Part shown: positions 30,200-40,383 of the stretch, one piece after another
Numbering within the stretch: the stretch's first letter is position 1
How the letters are laid out: each line of letters starts with the position of its first letter
NCBI GenBank assembly: GCA_045105515.1
Contig: JBGCDR010000045.1
Coordinates: 1-64,000, forward strand
Direction: 5' to 3'
DNA from: Oligoflexales bacterium
GTDB lineage: Bacteria; Bdellovibrionota_B; Oligoflexia; Oligoflexales; Bog-1112
DNA: 64,000 bases
Position numbers and translations under genes: made by a program
Notes under the pieces: generated by a model
Databases searched by the model: none
Told to the model about the DNA's origin: nothing
What the model saw: only the letters and a program-made list of their open reading frames with translations

Positions 30200-30342
30200 T
30201 TTAAGAATTCAAGCTTGTATAAGCATAGTTGGTGCTTAGCATTTTTTACCTGTTAGCAAGAGTTATTTTATTCATCAATTTTTGTTATAATCCAATCTGG
30301 CACGTTTTAATTTTAGTATTGCTTCGATAAAGTGGAAGCTAT

Positions 30343-32508
30343 ATGGCTGTAAGCATAAAAGATCGATCTGCAAGTATTATCGTGATAGAAAGCTTTTCAG
30401 CAATTAGGCAGACTATTACCGATCAACTAAAATCCCTGGGTTTCAAAAATATAAATGGTGTCAGCAATACCAAAGATGCGATAGGGATTTTGGAAGTCGA
30501 AAAAGTAGACTGGATAATTTGCTCAAGTAATCTTGAGAGTCCAGAAAACAACATCCAGCTGCTATCGCTCATTTCATCTCGTATGGTCTTGAAGCATATT
30601 CGCATGACAATGTTTTTGGAAGAAGAAGAGCTAGGTTTGGTTCCCATCCTATATGAGAAAGGGCTTCTTAGTCATATCATGAAGCCACTCAATAAAACTG
30701 TCATTGAAGAAGGACTTAATAAATTTGTTGAGCATTTTGAAAAGAATGCATGGAACGATGTAAAATTATCTGCTCATAATCTCAGGTCCTACTTGGATGA
30801 GAAAAAAAAGTATCGATCTTTAATTCACCTTGAACGGGGGTTACTAAGTCTGTATCCAGGAGAATGTGAGTATTTATTAAATTTAGCTAATCCACTCTTC
30901 AAGGAAGGAGAAACTGACAGCGCCAAGAATGTCTTGAAGCAAGTGCTTATGATAGACTCAGGGATGGCGGAACAGGCGGAAGAGCTTGCAAAATCACTGT
31001 TCGGTCAGGACTTTGATTTGAAAAAGGAAAACGAACAGAGTGAAAACGTTAACATCCTTGGAGTAGAGCACTGTCTTATCATAGACTCAGATGATGCGGC
31101 GAGAAAGGAAATTCGTGATGTCTTCGAGGATTTTGGAGTCACTAAGATAAGTGAGTATGACAATGGTGATGATGCCTGGGTTTCGCTCAATGCTAATTCA
31201 GAACCGAGTTTGATTATCCAAGAATGGCGCATTCCCAAGGTGAGTGGCCCTATCATGATACAAAGAATTAGAGGTAAATTCCCATCTGTACCAATCGTAA
31301 TTTTAAGTTCTTTGGTTAGCGATGATGATAAGCCACTGATTCAAGAGATGGGTGTTGAAACTGTGCATGAAAAACCACTACAGAGGGATGTATTTAAGAA
31401 GAGCTTGATATATCTGGTTCAACAGGAACGTCTTCCAGCTAATGCAAGTGTGCTCGAACGCAAGATTAGGCAATTTTTAAAATCTGGAAAAATTAAAGAA
31501 GCAATGGCTATTAAGGATCAGTTTGTCAATAATTCTGAAATTCCGGAAGTGCATAAGAAAAGCATCAATGCTGAATTTTGTTATCACAATGGTAACTATG
31601 TCGAAGCTAGAAATCTAGCTATTGAGGCAATAAAATCCGATCCAAATTCGATCTATTTACTCAACTTTATTGGCAAGTGTTTGATGCAACTTGAAGACCA
31701 TAAAGCAGCAGTGATGTGTTTTAAAAAGGCTCAGGTTTTATCTCCAAAGAATATAGAAAGACTCTGTGATATTGCCAAGGCAAGTTATGAAGCAGGAGAT
31801 ACCGAAACATGTGAAAAAGCTTTGGCTCAAGGCAAAGCTATTGACCGGGAAAATGAAGGCTTAAAAGTGACGGAAGCACCTATTCGAATAGATCTGGGTC
31901 CACAGTCTGATGCCAAGGATATTTTAGCCGAGATGGAATCGATCCAGGAGCTGGTGTCTTATATGAATAATAAAGCTGTCGCTCTGACTAAGAGTGGCAT
32001 GATTAAAGAGGGGATTGAACTCTATCACAAGACTATCGCCTCGATGCCTGATAACAAGAAGGACACCAAATTCTTGGTGATGTATAATCTAGGACTAGCA
32101 TTGGCAAAGCATGGAGATCTGAAAGGAGCAAAGGCTCAGCTAGAAAGTATTTTATCTGAAAGTCCTAAAAAAATTGAGCGTAAATGTCATTCACTAAAGC
32201 TTAGGATTGAAAAAAGCTTAGATACCGGGTCTAAATTGGAATTTATAACTGCAGAAAAAAAAGAAGCTCCTTCTGCGGATGGTGGGAAAACTGCAGCAAA
32301 AGAAGGAGAAATAGAGGATAGTGTTGCTGTTATTGGTTATATTCAATCAAACCCTGGTGAGATATGTTGTTATAAAGTATTTATAAACCCTGAAGAAATT
32401 GATGATAAATGGAAGTCTATTAAAGATCAAATCCCACACTTTAAACCGAGAAAAGCTATCGAACGCGAAGAAGCAGCGGGACTAGAAAAGGTTATGAGGG
32501 CTGGCTAG
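30343..32508 (+). CDS. pseudo-receiver / TPR protein, paralog 2 of 3
   Basis: IIDSDD...LIIQEWRIPKVSG; IGKCLMQL...LSPKNIERLC; PGEICCYKVF; EAAGLEK. Confidence 0.8.
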   Translation: MAVSIKDRSASIIVIESFSAIRQTITDQLKSLGFKNINGVSNTKDAIGILEVEKVDWIICSSNLESPENNIQLLSLISSRMVLKHIRMTMFLEEEELGLVPILYEKGLLSHIMKPLNKTVIEEGLNKFVEHFEKNAWNDVKLSAHNLRSYLDEKKKYRSLIHLERGLLSLYPGECEYLLNLANPLFKEGETDSAKNVLKQVLMIDSGMAEQAEELAKSLFGQDFDLKKENEQSENVNILGVEHCLIIDSDDAARKEIRDVFEDFGVTKISEYDNGDDAWVSLNANSEPSLIIQEWRIPKVSGPIMIQRIRGKFPSVPIVILSSLVSDDDKPLIQEMGVETVHEKPLQRDVFKKSLIYLVQQERLPANASVLERKIRQFLKSGKIKEAMAIKDQFVNNSEIPEVHKKSINAEFCYHNGNYVEARNLAIEAIKSDPNSIYLLNFIGKCLMQLEDHKAAVMCFKKAQVLSPKNIERLCDIAKASYEAGDTETCEKALAQGKAIDRENEGLKVTEAPIRIDLGPQSDAKDILAEMESIQELVSYMNNKAVALTKSGMIKEGIELYHKTIASMPDNKKDTKFLVMYNLGLALAKHGDLKGAKAQLESILSESPKKIERKCHSLKLRIEKSLDTGSKLEFITAEKKEAPSADGGKTAAKEGEIEDSVAVIGYIQSNPGEICCYKVFINPEEIDDKWKSIKDQIPHFKPRKAIEREEAAGLEKVMRAG

Positions 32509-32577
32509 ATACATTTTCCTCATCCTGGGTAGCGTTCTTCTGTTCTCATTTTAAAATTTCATAAAAATCTTGCACAG

Positions 32578-32612
32578 GTGGAGGCCTTGCCAAAAGCCAG
32601 GCTCTACTTTTT
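32578..32612 (+). terminator. possible intrinsic terminator
   Basis: imperfect stem GTGGAGGCCT...AGGCTCTAC followed by TTTTT. Confidence 0.4.
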
Positions 32613-32673
32613 AGCAAAAAGCAGCTATAGTGAGGCCGTTTTCTTAGGCTTCCAATAAGGTGCAAGGAAGAAT

Positions 32674-33780
32674 ATGCATATTCTACATATAGATACGGAA
32701 AAAACATGGAGAGGTGGAGAAAACCAAATCAGGCTTTTGGTTGAAGGTTTAAGCGCTATGGGTATTGAAAACTCCATTGCGGCTCCTCCAGCAAGTGAAT
32801 TAGCAAAAAGGATGGAAAATACCTGCTGTGTTTTTAAAACTCCTTTACGAGGAGAGTTGAATGTTAATGCTGCTTATAAAATAGCTCGATTCTGTAAAGA
32901 AAATGGTGTGTCTATAATCGACTGTCAAAGTTCGCATGCGCACAGTATTGGTCTGATGTGTAAGCAGTTTTTTCTCCCAAGCTTAAAGCTTGTGGTGCAC
33001 CGTCGAGTTGATTTCCCCCCAAAAACTGGCCTAGTTAATCGGTTCAAATACCTTCATCAAGGGATAGATAGGTATATTCCCATATCAAAGGCAATCAATG
33101 ATGTTTTGCTACAATACGGGGTTTCTGAAGACAAGACGGTTACTGTTCCAAGTGCTGTGGACAAAAAAGTATATCAAAGTTTTGAGCGGAGCAGCGAAAA
33201 AGCTAAGTGGTGTGCCAAATATAGCCTTGACCCTCAACTGCCCTTGATCGGACAGGCTGCTGCAATGACAGAGCAAAAAGGATATGAGACTCTTTTAAAT
33301 GCTTTGTCGGTGCTAAAGGGTAAATCTTATGATTTTCATTGCTTAGTAGCTGGGGATGGGCCTCTGCGTCCGTCTCTTGAAAAATTGAGAGTTTCCCTAA
33401 ACTTGGAAGGTTGCCTTAGCTTTATCGGATGGATTGATGAAGTCCCCTCATTTCTATCGGCGCTTGATGTATTTGCCATGCCTTCCAATTTTGAAGGCCT
33501 CGGCACGGCTGCGCTAGATGCGATCTATGCAGGCTGCCCTGTGGTGGCGAGTTCAGTGGGAGGCTTGAAGGAAAGTATTATAGATGAACATACTGGTCTT
33601 CTAGCTGGAGTAAAAAATTCGAAGGAATTTGCTGAGCAGCTTGAGCGTATCCTTAAGGAGCCAGAGTTTGGTCGCAAGCTAAATAGACAGGCAAAGCACC
33701 ATTGCGACCGTAATTTTTCTTTGGAGGCGATGGTGATGGGTAATTTAAAAGTATACCAAGAATTATTAGGGCTTAGGTAG
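32674..33780 (+). CDS. glycosyltransferase family 4 (GT-B)
   Basis: WRGGENQ, HRRVDF, EQKG, GDGPLR, PSNFEGLGTAALDA, VGGL. Confidence 0.9.
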   Translation: MHILHIDTEKTWRGGENQIRLLVEGLSAMGIENSIAAPPASELAKRMENTCCVFKTPLRGELNVNAAYKIARFCKENGVSIIDCQSSHAHSIGLMCKQFFLPSLKLVVHRRVDFPPKTGLVNRFKYLHQGIDRYIPISKAINDVLLQYGVSEDKTVTVPSAVDKKVYQSFERSSEKAKWCAKYSLDPQLPLIGQAAAMTEQKGYETLLNALSVLKGKSYDFHCLVAGDGPLRPSLEKLRVSLNLEGCLSFIGWIDEVPSFLSALDVFAMPSNFEGLGTAALDAIYAGCPVVASSVGGLKESIIDEHTGLLAGVKNSKEFAEQLERILKEPEFGRKLNRQAKHHCDRNFSLEAMVMGNLKVYQELLGLR

Positions 33781-34707
33781 CCGGCGTTTTAGATCATCTA
33801 AGAATTTCTGCAGAAAAAACATGGTGGAGCGAACCTGAGGGTGGGTGACCGCAGATTTTACAAACTCTTTGAAACTATCCTTAATCCCATGTATGTAGTC
33901 GAATACAGGTTTCGATAGCCAGTAGATTAGAGGCTTTTCAAGAAGTCTTTGGGTTTTGATGAAGCCTAAGTTTATAGCTTTATCCTGGTCACTTAATTTG
34001 AACCTGCTCATAAAGCTAAGATCCATATATATGGTGTATTCTGCCGACTTAATATTTTCTAACGAAACTTGATCCACTAGGATATCAAAGCAGCGGTTCA
34101 TGACTTCCAACATACCGCTGGGCATTGCAACATGCTGTTTGATGTCACTCAACGAAACAGCGACCACAAAATTTGCTCCTAGCTGTTTTGCCGCTGAAAC
34201 TGGAATGTTCTCAGTAAGGGCGCCATCAACCAGCAGCATATTTTCGTGTTCCACAGGAGAGTAAATTCCTGGGAAGCTGCAGCTGGCCTGCACTAATTTG
34301 GCTAGGGGGCCTTTTGTGAAAATTTTGCTTTCACCAGTGATTAGGTCGGTGCATAAGATACTTAGTGGAATAGGAGCATCTTGGATATCTACAGCACCAA
34401 GCTCTTTCTCAATCACCCCAGCCAAACCTTGGTTGCTTGATAGGCCGAGTTTTACTGGAATAAGGTTAGAGATCCTTGAAAATGTTAGGGTGTCGAAGAT
34501 CAGTCTAATTTCTTCTGTTGATTTTCCAAAAGCGTAGAGAGCGGCAACTATTGCACCTGCACTGGTTCCTGACATACAGGATATTTTGATATGTTTGTGC
34601 TCAAATGCACGCAATACTCCAATATGAGCAACTCCACGAGCTCCCCCGCCGCCCAGTGCTAAACCCAGCCTTGTTGTTAGTCCTAGATTCTGGAAACTCT
34701 TACGCAA
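33766..34707 (-). CDS. patatin-like phospholipase
   Basis: LALGGGGARGVAHIG, GTSAG, ASCSFPG, VDGA. Confidence 0.9.
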   Translation of the reverse strand: MRKSFQNLGLTTRLGLALGGGGARGVAHIGVLRAFEHKHIKISCMSGTSAGAIVAALYAFGKSTEEIRLIFDTLTFSRISNLIPVKLGLSSNQGLAGVIEKELGAVDIQDAPIPLSILCTDLITGESKIFTKGPLAKLVQASCSFPGIYSPVEHENMLLVDGALTENIPVSAAKQLGANFVVAVSLSDIKQHVAMPSGMLEVMNRCFDILVDQVSLENIKSAEYTIYMDLSFMSRFKLSDQDKAINLGFIKTQRLLEKPLIYWLSKPVFDYIHGIKDSFKEFVKSAVTHPQVRSTMFFLQKFLDDLKRRLPKP

Positions 34708-34883
34708 TTTTCAGTTCCTCAACATAGTACTACTATTCTAACGAGAATACGTCCGAAACCGAAACTTAAACCAAAGTTCTATTCATCTCCGATTCTAGGT
34801 GATGTTACAAAATATTAGAGAAATCTTCTTTGTCATAGGATAATATGCAACGTGATTTATGAAAGTATAAATATAGGAACTTT

Positions 34884-35609
34884 TTGAAGAACAATATGGA
34901 ATTTAAATTCGATTTTCCAGAAGGTTATACCTTTGCAGGGAAGTATGAAATCATATCTTTTTTGGGTTCGGGGGCAGAGGGTGAAGTTTACCTAACCCGA
35001 GAAACTGATACAGGCATAGAAAGAACTGCTAAGTTTTTCTTTCCTAACAATAAGATTACTGGCCCAGACAACACAAGAAGATTAGCTAAAAAGCTCTATA
35101 AAATCAGAAATTGCCAAGAAATCATTCAGTACCATACCCATGAAAAGATCTGGTTTAGGAAACAAAAAATAATCTGTCTTATCTCTGAGTATGTGGAGGG
35201 AGAGCTACTTTCGGCATTTTTAGCACGCCAAAGGGGGAAAAAACTCAATTACTACATGACATTGCACCTTATATATGCGATAGCATGTGGCCTGCAAGTT
35301 ATTCACGCGCTGGGTGAGTATCATGGGGATCTCCATGAAGGAAATATTTTTGTCATGCAGTATGGCATGGGATTCAAGGTAAAGTTGATAGATGCGGTGG
35401 ATTGGAGAGATTCTAGAACTGCAAATATCAAGAAGGATGTCTGCGATTTAATTCATATTTTTTACGAATGCATTGGGGGTCGTAACTGTTATGCTAACCT
35501 CCCAATTCAGATCAAGCAGATTATTTGTGGCTTGAGGAAGGACCTGATCACCAAAAAGTTTCGCAATGCAGGTATCTTGAAAACTTACTTAGAGCATATG
35601 GAATGGTAG
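34884..35609 (+). CDS. Ser/Thr protein kinase (minimal Hanks-type catalytic domain)
   Basis: LGSGAEGEVY, AKFF, ISEYVEG, HGDLHEGN, KLID. Confidence 0.85.
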   Translation: MKNNMEFKFDFPEGYTFAGKYEIISFLGSGAEGEVYLTRETDTGIERTAKFFFPNNKITGPDNTRRLAKKLYKIRNCQEIIQYHTHEKIWFRKQKIICLISEYVEGELLSAFLARQRGKKLNYYMTLHLIYAIACGLQVIHALGEYHGDLHEGNIFVMQYGMGFKVKLIDAVDWRDSRTANIKKDVCDLIHIFYECIGGRNCYANLPIQIKQIICGLRKDLITKKFRNAGILKTYLEHMEW

Positions 35610-36391
35610 CGTTAAAACAATCAATTTTACTTTTTAACCAAGATATGACTGGCCCTGAAACTGTCGTAACTGATCAGTTTACTTTGAGCTATCTCATTAG
35701 GCGTAATCCTGGGAGTAAGATCACCGAGGATTCGGCAGGACTTTTTTTATTTGAAGATGGCTCCTTGGTTTGTGCTGTAGCAGATGGAATTGGCGGTCAT
35801 AGGTCTGGCGAAAAAGCTTCTAGGTTTGCTATTGAGGCACTTCAGAAAAATTTGCAGGATCAGAATTTTTCACTGATGAAGAGGATGACCACCAGCTTTG
35901 AGGAAGCTAATCAGAAGGTCTTGGATTTGGGAAGTGGCGCTGGTTCAACTTTGGTTGTAGGCTCACTTCACGCATCATATAGTCGTTTTTATCATGCTGG
36001 TGATTCAATTGGTGTTCTTCTCGGAGGGCGTGGCAAAGTTAAATATGAAACTACAGCCCATTGTCCCTATGGTTTGGGAGTCGAAGCAGGCCTAATAACT
36101 GCTGATGATCAAAGCAGTGTTCCAGAAGACCTGCGTTATATGGTGACTAATTATATTGGTAGACCTGATTTACGCATAGAGGTGGCAACTCAGCAAAAAC
36201 TTCATAAGATGGATCGTATCTTTTTATATTCGGACGGTTTATCTGATAACTTCCGTTTAGATGAAATCCCTGTATCCCAGCGACCTAGTGAAATTTGTAG
36301 CTATATCGCTAATAATGCCCGTGACCGGATGCTTGGCAGCTCTGGTAAACAAGATGACCTCGCTCTTGTGGTAATCTGTCAAAACCCATAA
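35603..36391 (+). CDS. PP2C/PPM-family protein phosphatase
   Basis: TEDS, VADGIGGH, GSTL, AGDS, YSDGL, QDDL; ATG 35603 overlaps the kinase stop. Confidence 0.85.
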   Translation: MVALKQSILLFNQDMTGPETVVTDQFTLSYLIRRNPGSKITEDSAGLFLFEDGSLVCAVADGIGGHRSGEKASRFAIEALQKNLQDQNFSLMKRMTTSFEEANQKVLDLGSGAGSTLVVGSLHASYSRFYHAGDSIGVLLGGRGKVKYETTAHCPYGLGVEAGLITADDQSSVPEDLRYMVTNYIGRPDLRIEVATQQKLHKMDRIFLYSDGLSDNFRLDEIPVSQRPSEICSYIANNARDRMLGSSGKQDDLALVVICQNP

Positions 36392-36511
36392 CGAAGGTTC
36401 ACCTGTTGATTTCATTGTAGCTTTGCTACCAGATACTTTTCAGTTTTCCTAATATGCGAGCCTGGAGTATGGTAAGTTCGAGGGAACCATTCTCAGAAAA
36501 AGGTGTTTTGA

Positions 36512-39500
36512 GTGGACGGTGAATTAGAAGCAAAATCTCCTGTATATGCCCATTTGCATGTGCATAGTGAATATTCTATTGCTGATGGCAGTATCCGGAT
36601 TAAAGAGCTGGTGCAGAAAACGGTCGAACGTGGCCATTCTCATGTTGCATTGACGGATCACGGTAATATGCACGGTGCTATTGAATTTTATCAAGCTTGC
36701 AAGGGTTCTGGGATTGTCCCCATCATCGGATGTGAAGTCTATCATCATGGCTCGCAACTTAGCTTGGATTTTGCAGAAGAGAAGGGGCTTGAGGACCATA
36801 GTCATGGGCCCTTTCACTTAATTTTACTAGCAAAAGATACCCAGGGTTATCAAAGCCTCCTTAAGATCGTTTCGAGTGGGTACACTGATGGCAATTTAAA
36901 TGAAGTGCCTGTTGTCCCTGAGGGAGCCTTGGATAAACATCCTCAGCAGCTAGTGGCCCTTACTTCTTGCTTGCGTGGAGAATTTGCATTTTGGGTAAAG
37001 GAACTGCGTAGGGTCTCCGGGAGAGGACCAATATGCTTTGACTCTAATGAACAAGCTGTGCGCGTTCCTTATCAGGGTTTGGCAGAATATGTAAAGGGTA
37101 TGAAACGGCGTTTTGGAAGTTCCAACTTCTATGTTGAACTTATCAATAATAACTTGTCTGAACAACGACGTTTAATCCCTGACTTGGTTGCTGCAGCTGA
37201 GCATTTTCAGCTTCCCTTGGTTGCAACTGCGGACGCTCATTACCTTGATAAAGAGTTTGCTGATACTCATGCTCTTGCAGTGGCTATAAAAAATGGAATT
37301 ACACTTAATCATATTCGTGAACGGCAGAGAAATGCTCATTTTCATCTAGCTAGCGATGAAGAAATGCATGATCTATTCGAGGAGTACCCTCAAGCACTTG
37401 TGAATACCATGGAGGTAGCACGAAAGTGTTCAAGCCTCGAAATCAAGATGGATACCTATTATCTACCTAAGATAGACTTGGGGACTAATGAGTCATCAGT
37501 TGAAGCGCTTGAGCGTATCGCAAAAGAGGGATTAGAGGAGCGATTCAGAGTTCTTACCGAGTGCGGTGCAGCTCTTAGTGATGAGAAAAAAAAGGTTTAT
37601 TGGGAGCGCTTAGAGTACGAGCTTAAAGTTATCGTGCAGATGGGTTTTCCTGATTACTTTCTTATCGTTCAGGACTTTATCAACTGGGCTAAACGTCAGC
37701 ACATTCCAGTTGGCCCTGGACGTGGATCTGGAGCTGGTTCTTTAGTAGCTTATGCACTTAAAATCACAGACTTGGATCCTCTTCCCTATAACCTAATATT
37801 TGAACGTTTCTTGAACCCGGAACGTGTCTCTATGCCAGACTTTGATGTGGATTTCTGTCAGTGGCGTAGAGAGGAGGTGATTCAGTACTGTGTAGGGAAA
37901 TATGGTTTTAGTAATGTTGCTCAGATAACTACCTTTGGGAAAATGCAGGCAAAGGGTGCTGTAAAAAGTGTGGGCCGAGCCATGAACCTTGGCTATTCTC
38001 GAGTGGATCAATTTACAAAATTGTTTCCCCCCGATCTTGGGATTACCTTGAAAGATGCCCTTGAGCAGGAGCCGAGATTAAAAGAGGAAATGGAAAAAGA
38101 CGAAGGTCTTAAAGATTGCATGAATTATGCACTTAAGCTCGAAGGGCTAGCCAGTCACACCTCTGTTCATGCTGCAGGCCTAGTCATTTCAGATGGGGAC
38201 ATGACCAACTTTGTCCCTGTTTATACTACTGATGGAAAATCCTATATTACCCAATATGAGATGAAACCAACTGAAAAGGTTGGTTTGGTAAAGTTTGACT
38301 TCTTGGGACTTAAAACCCTCACCGTGATCGATACAGCAGTTACTTTGGTGAGAAAAAACAAGGATCCAGACTTTAATATTGGCAAGATTCCACTCGATGA
38401 CAAAACAGTTTATGAGATGGTATCTAAAGGCCATACGGTCGGAATTTTCCAATGTGAAAGTATGGGAATGACCCAGCTCATCCTGAAGCTCAAGCCGAGT
38501 ACTTTTGAAGATATCATTGCCCTGGTTGCCCTGTTTAGGCCCGGACCTTTAGGCTCAGGTATGGTTGATGACTTTGTGGAACGAAAGCATGGAAGACAAA
38601 AAATTTCTTACCCACATCCATCCCTTGCTCCCATTCTCAAAGACACTTATGGAATGATTTTATACCAAGAACAGGTGCAAAAAATTGCGGCAGTTCTTGC
38701 TAATTATTCTCTAGGAGAAGCTGATTTACTTCGCCGGGCAATGGGAAAGAAGATTGCTGAAGAGATGGCAAAGCAGAAGACCCGTTTCGTCACAGGGTCT
38801 GTTGAAAACGATATCGATAAAAAGCTAGCTGAAGAAATCTTTGACCTAATGGCAGAATTCGCTAAATATGGATTTAACAAGAGTCACTCTGCGGCTTATG
38901 GTCTTGTGAGCTATCAAACAGCATACCTTAAAACTCATTATCCAGAAGAATTTTTAGCAGCCAGTATGACCTGTGATATGGATAACACCGAAAAAATTAT
39001 TAGGTATGCAGAAGATTGTATCCGTCTGGGTTTTACAATTATGCCGCCGGATATTAATCGAAGCTTTCGTGATTTTGACGTGCCAGGGTCAGGAAAAATA
39101 GGCTTTGCTTTAGCTGCGATAAAAGGCGTTGGAGAAGCAGTTCTTGAGCCTTTGATTAAAGAAAGAGAGACGCATGGACCATATAAAAGTCTTGAAGATT
39201 TAGCAAACCGCATCAATTTATCGAAGCTTGGTAAAAAAACCTTACAATTGTTAACTGCTGCTGGGGCTTTGGATTCTTTTTCTTACTCGCGCAGGGATGT
39301 GGACCGGATAATCCCAGAATTGTTTACTTACAGCCAAAATCTCCATGAAGCGAAGTCTATGGGTCAGGTGAGTTTATTTGCACTTGATCAGCAAAAAGAG
39401 ACATCTATTGAACAAGGTGGTGGTGCTCCATGGGTAGATAAGATTTTTCCAGCTGAAAAATCTTGGGGTATGGATGACCTTTTTCAAGAAAAAAAACTTC

Positions 39501-40147
39501 TGGGATTTTTTCTCTCTGGGCATCCTCTCGACTTTTACAAGACAGATGTACCTGCCTTTGGAATTGGTAGCTTAAAAAGTATTCTCGAAAAAGCACCAAT
39601 GCGCAGTAAAGAAAAAGGACCGATGGGTAAAAAAAGTGGTCTCCTAGTTGCTGTGGTAGCTCTTTTAAGTAGTGTGAAATATCGTCGAACCAAACGAGGC
39701 TCCTTGATGGCTCAGCTACGTCTTGAGGAAAAGGGCTTCGGTATCGAAGCTACTATATTTGAAGACCAGTTGAAAGGTATTGAGATACCCGATGAAGATG
39801 TCCCTGTTTTAGCAATGGGGCATGCGGAAATTATCGAAGGGGGACAGCTCCGGTTCACCCTCGAAAGCCTTTATCAGCTGGAGGAAATTCGGCAAGAACG
39901 AGTCAAGGCACTTACGATCCAGCTAGAAGATGTCGGTCGCCTACAGGAATGTGAACACTGGTGCCGAGATATGCGCAAAGCTTTTCAAGATAACCATGGA
40001 AATACCCCTGTTTCGTTTCGAGTATCTTATCCAAACACAGTCGCTGTGATCAGCACTAAAGATCTTAAAGTAGAATTAAGTGACGCATTGTTGCAACGCA
40101 TTGATCGTATCTGTGGAGGTGCCTATACCCTTAACTATCAGTTGTAG
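36512..40147 (+). CDS. dnaE: DNA polymerase III alpha subunit
   Basis: HLHVHSEYS PHP domain, GPGRGSGAGS, FERFLNPERVSMPDFDVDF, KFDFLGL, YGFNKSHS. Confidence 0.97.
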   Translation: MDGELEAKSPVYAHLHVHSEYSIADGSIRIKELVQKTVERGHSHVALTDHGNMHGAIEFYQACKGSGIVPIIGCEVYHHGSQLSLDFAEEKGLEDHSHGPFHLILLAKDTQGYQSLLKIVSSGYTDGNLNEVPVVPEGALDKHPQQLVALTSCLRGEFAFWVKELRRVSGRGPICFDSNEQAVRVPYQGLAEYVKGMKRRFGSSNFYVELINNNLSEQRRLIPDLVAAAEHFQLPLVATADAHYLDKEFADTHALAVAIKNGITLNHIRERQRNAHFHLASDEEMHDLFEEYPQALVNTMEVARKCSSLEIKMDTYYLPKIDLGTNESSVEALERIAKEGLEERFRVLTECGAALSDEKKKVYWERLEYELKVIVQMGFPDYFLIVQDFINWAKRQHIPVGPGRGSGAGSLVAYALKITDLDPLPYNLIFERFLNPERVSMPDFDVDFCQWRREEVIQYCVGKYGFSNVAQITTFGKMQAKGAVKSVGRAMNLGYSRVDQFTKLFPPDLGITLKDALEQEPRLKEEMEKDEGLKDCMNYALKLEGLASHTSVHAAGLVISDGDMTNFVPVYTTDGKSYITQYEMKPTEKVGLVKFDFLGLKTLTVIDTAVTLVRKNKDPDFNIGKIPLDDKTVYEMVSKGHTVGIFQCESMGMTQLILKLKPSTFEDIIALVALFRPGPLGSGMVDDFVERKHGRQKISYPHPSLAPILKDTYGMILYQEQVQKIAAVLANYSLGEADLLRRAMGKKIAEEMAKQKTRFVTGSVENDIDKKLAEEIFDLMAEFAKYGFNKSHSAAYGLVSYQTAYLKTHYPEEFLAASMTCDMDNTEKIIRYAEDCIRLGFTIMPPDINRSFRDFDVPGSGKIGFALAAIKGVGEAVLEPLIKERETHGPYKSLEDLANRINLSKLGKKTLQLLTAAGALDSFSYSRRDVDRIIPELFTYSQNLHEAKSMGQVSLFALDQQKETSIEQGGGAPWVDKIFPAEKSWGMDDLFQEKKLLGFFLSGHPLDFYKTDVPAFGIGSLKSILEKAPMRSKEKGPMGKKSGLLVAVVALLSSVKYRRTKRGSLMAQLRLEEKGFGIEATIFEDQLKGIEIPDEDVPVLAMGHAEIIEGGQLRFTLESLYQLEEIRQERVKALTIQLEDVGRLQECEHWCRDMRKAFQDNHGNTPVSFRVSYPNTVAVISTKDLKVELSDALLQRIDRICGGAYTLNYQL

Positions 40148-40383
40148 GGTTACTCATCCAATCCGTTGTAGGCTTATTCATCTAATAATTTTGTAAAAAA
40201 TTTACTAATTAATAAAACAAATAAAATATTTCTACTTATTTTGTTCAACTAGTATTGCACTCATACCAATATCTAAAGTCCAAGTTGCTGAAATTTAGCC
40301 TTTATTTTTTTTAAGCTCGCTTCTCTTTAGAGATTGATCGTATGAATCGATATACTCAGAGTCCCCCCCTGCTAGGATTAATT

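Noticed and set aside
30298..30322. sigma54 promoter (TGGCACG) before REC-TPR paralog 2
   Set aside because: TTGC is 14 nt downstream rather than the required 4
29200..30340. Integrative element at the guaA 3' end
   Set aside because: No integrase and no duplicated guaA end seen in the window
36512..40147. Intein or split in dnaE
   Set aside because: Length is near normal, motifs are continuous and no intein termini are evident
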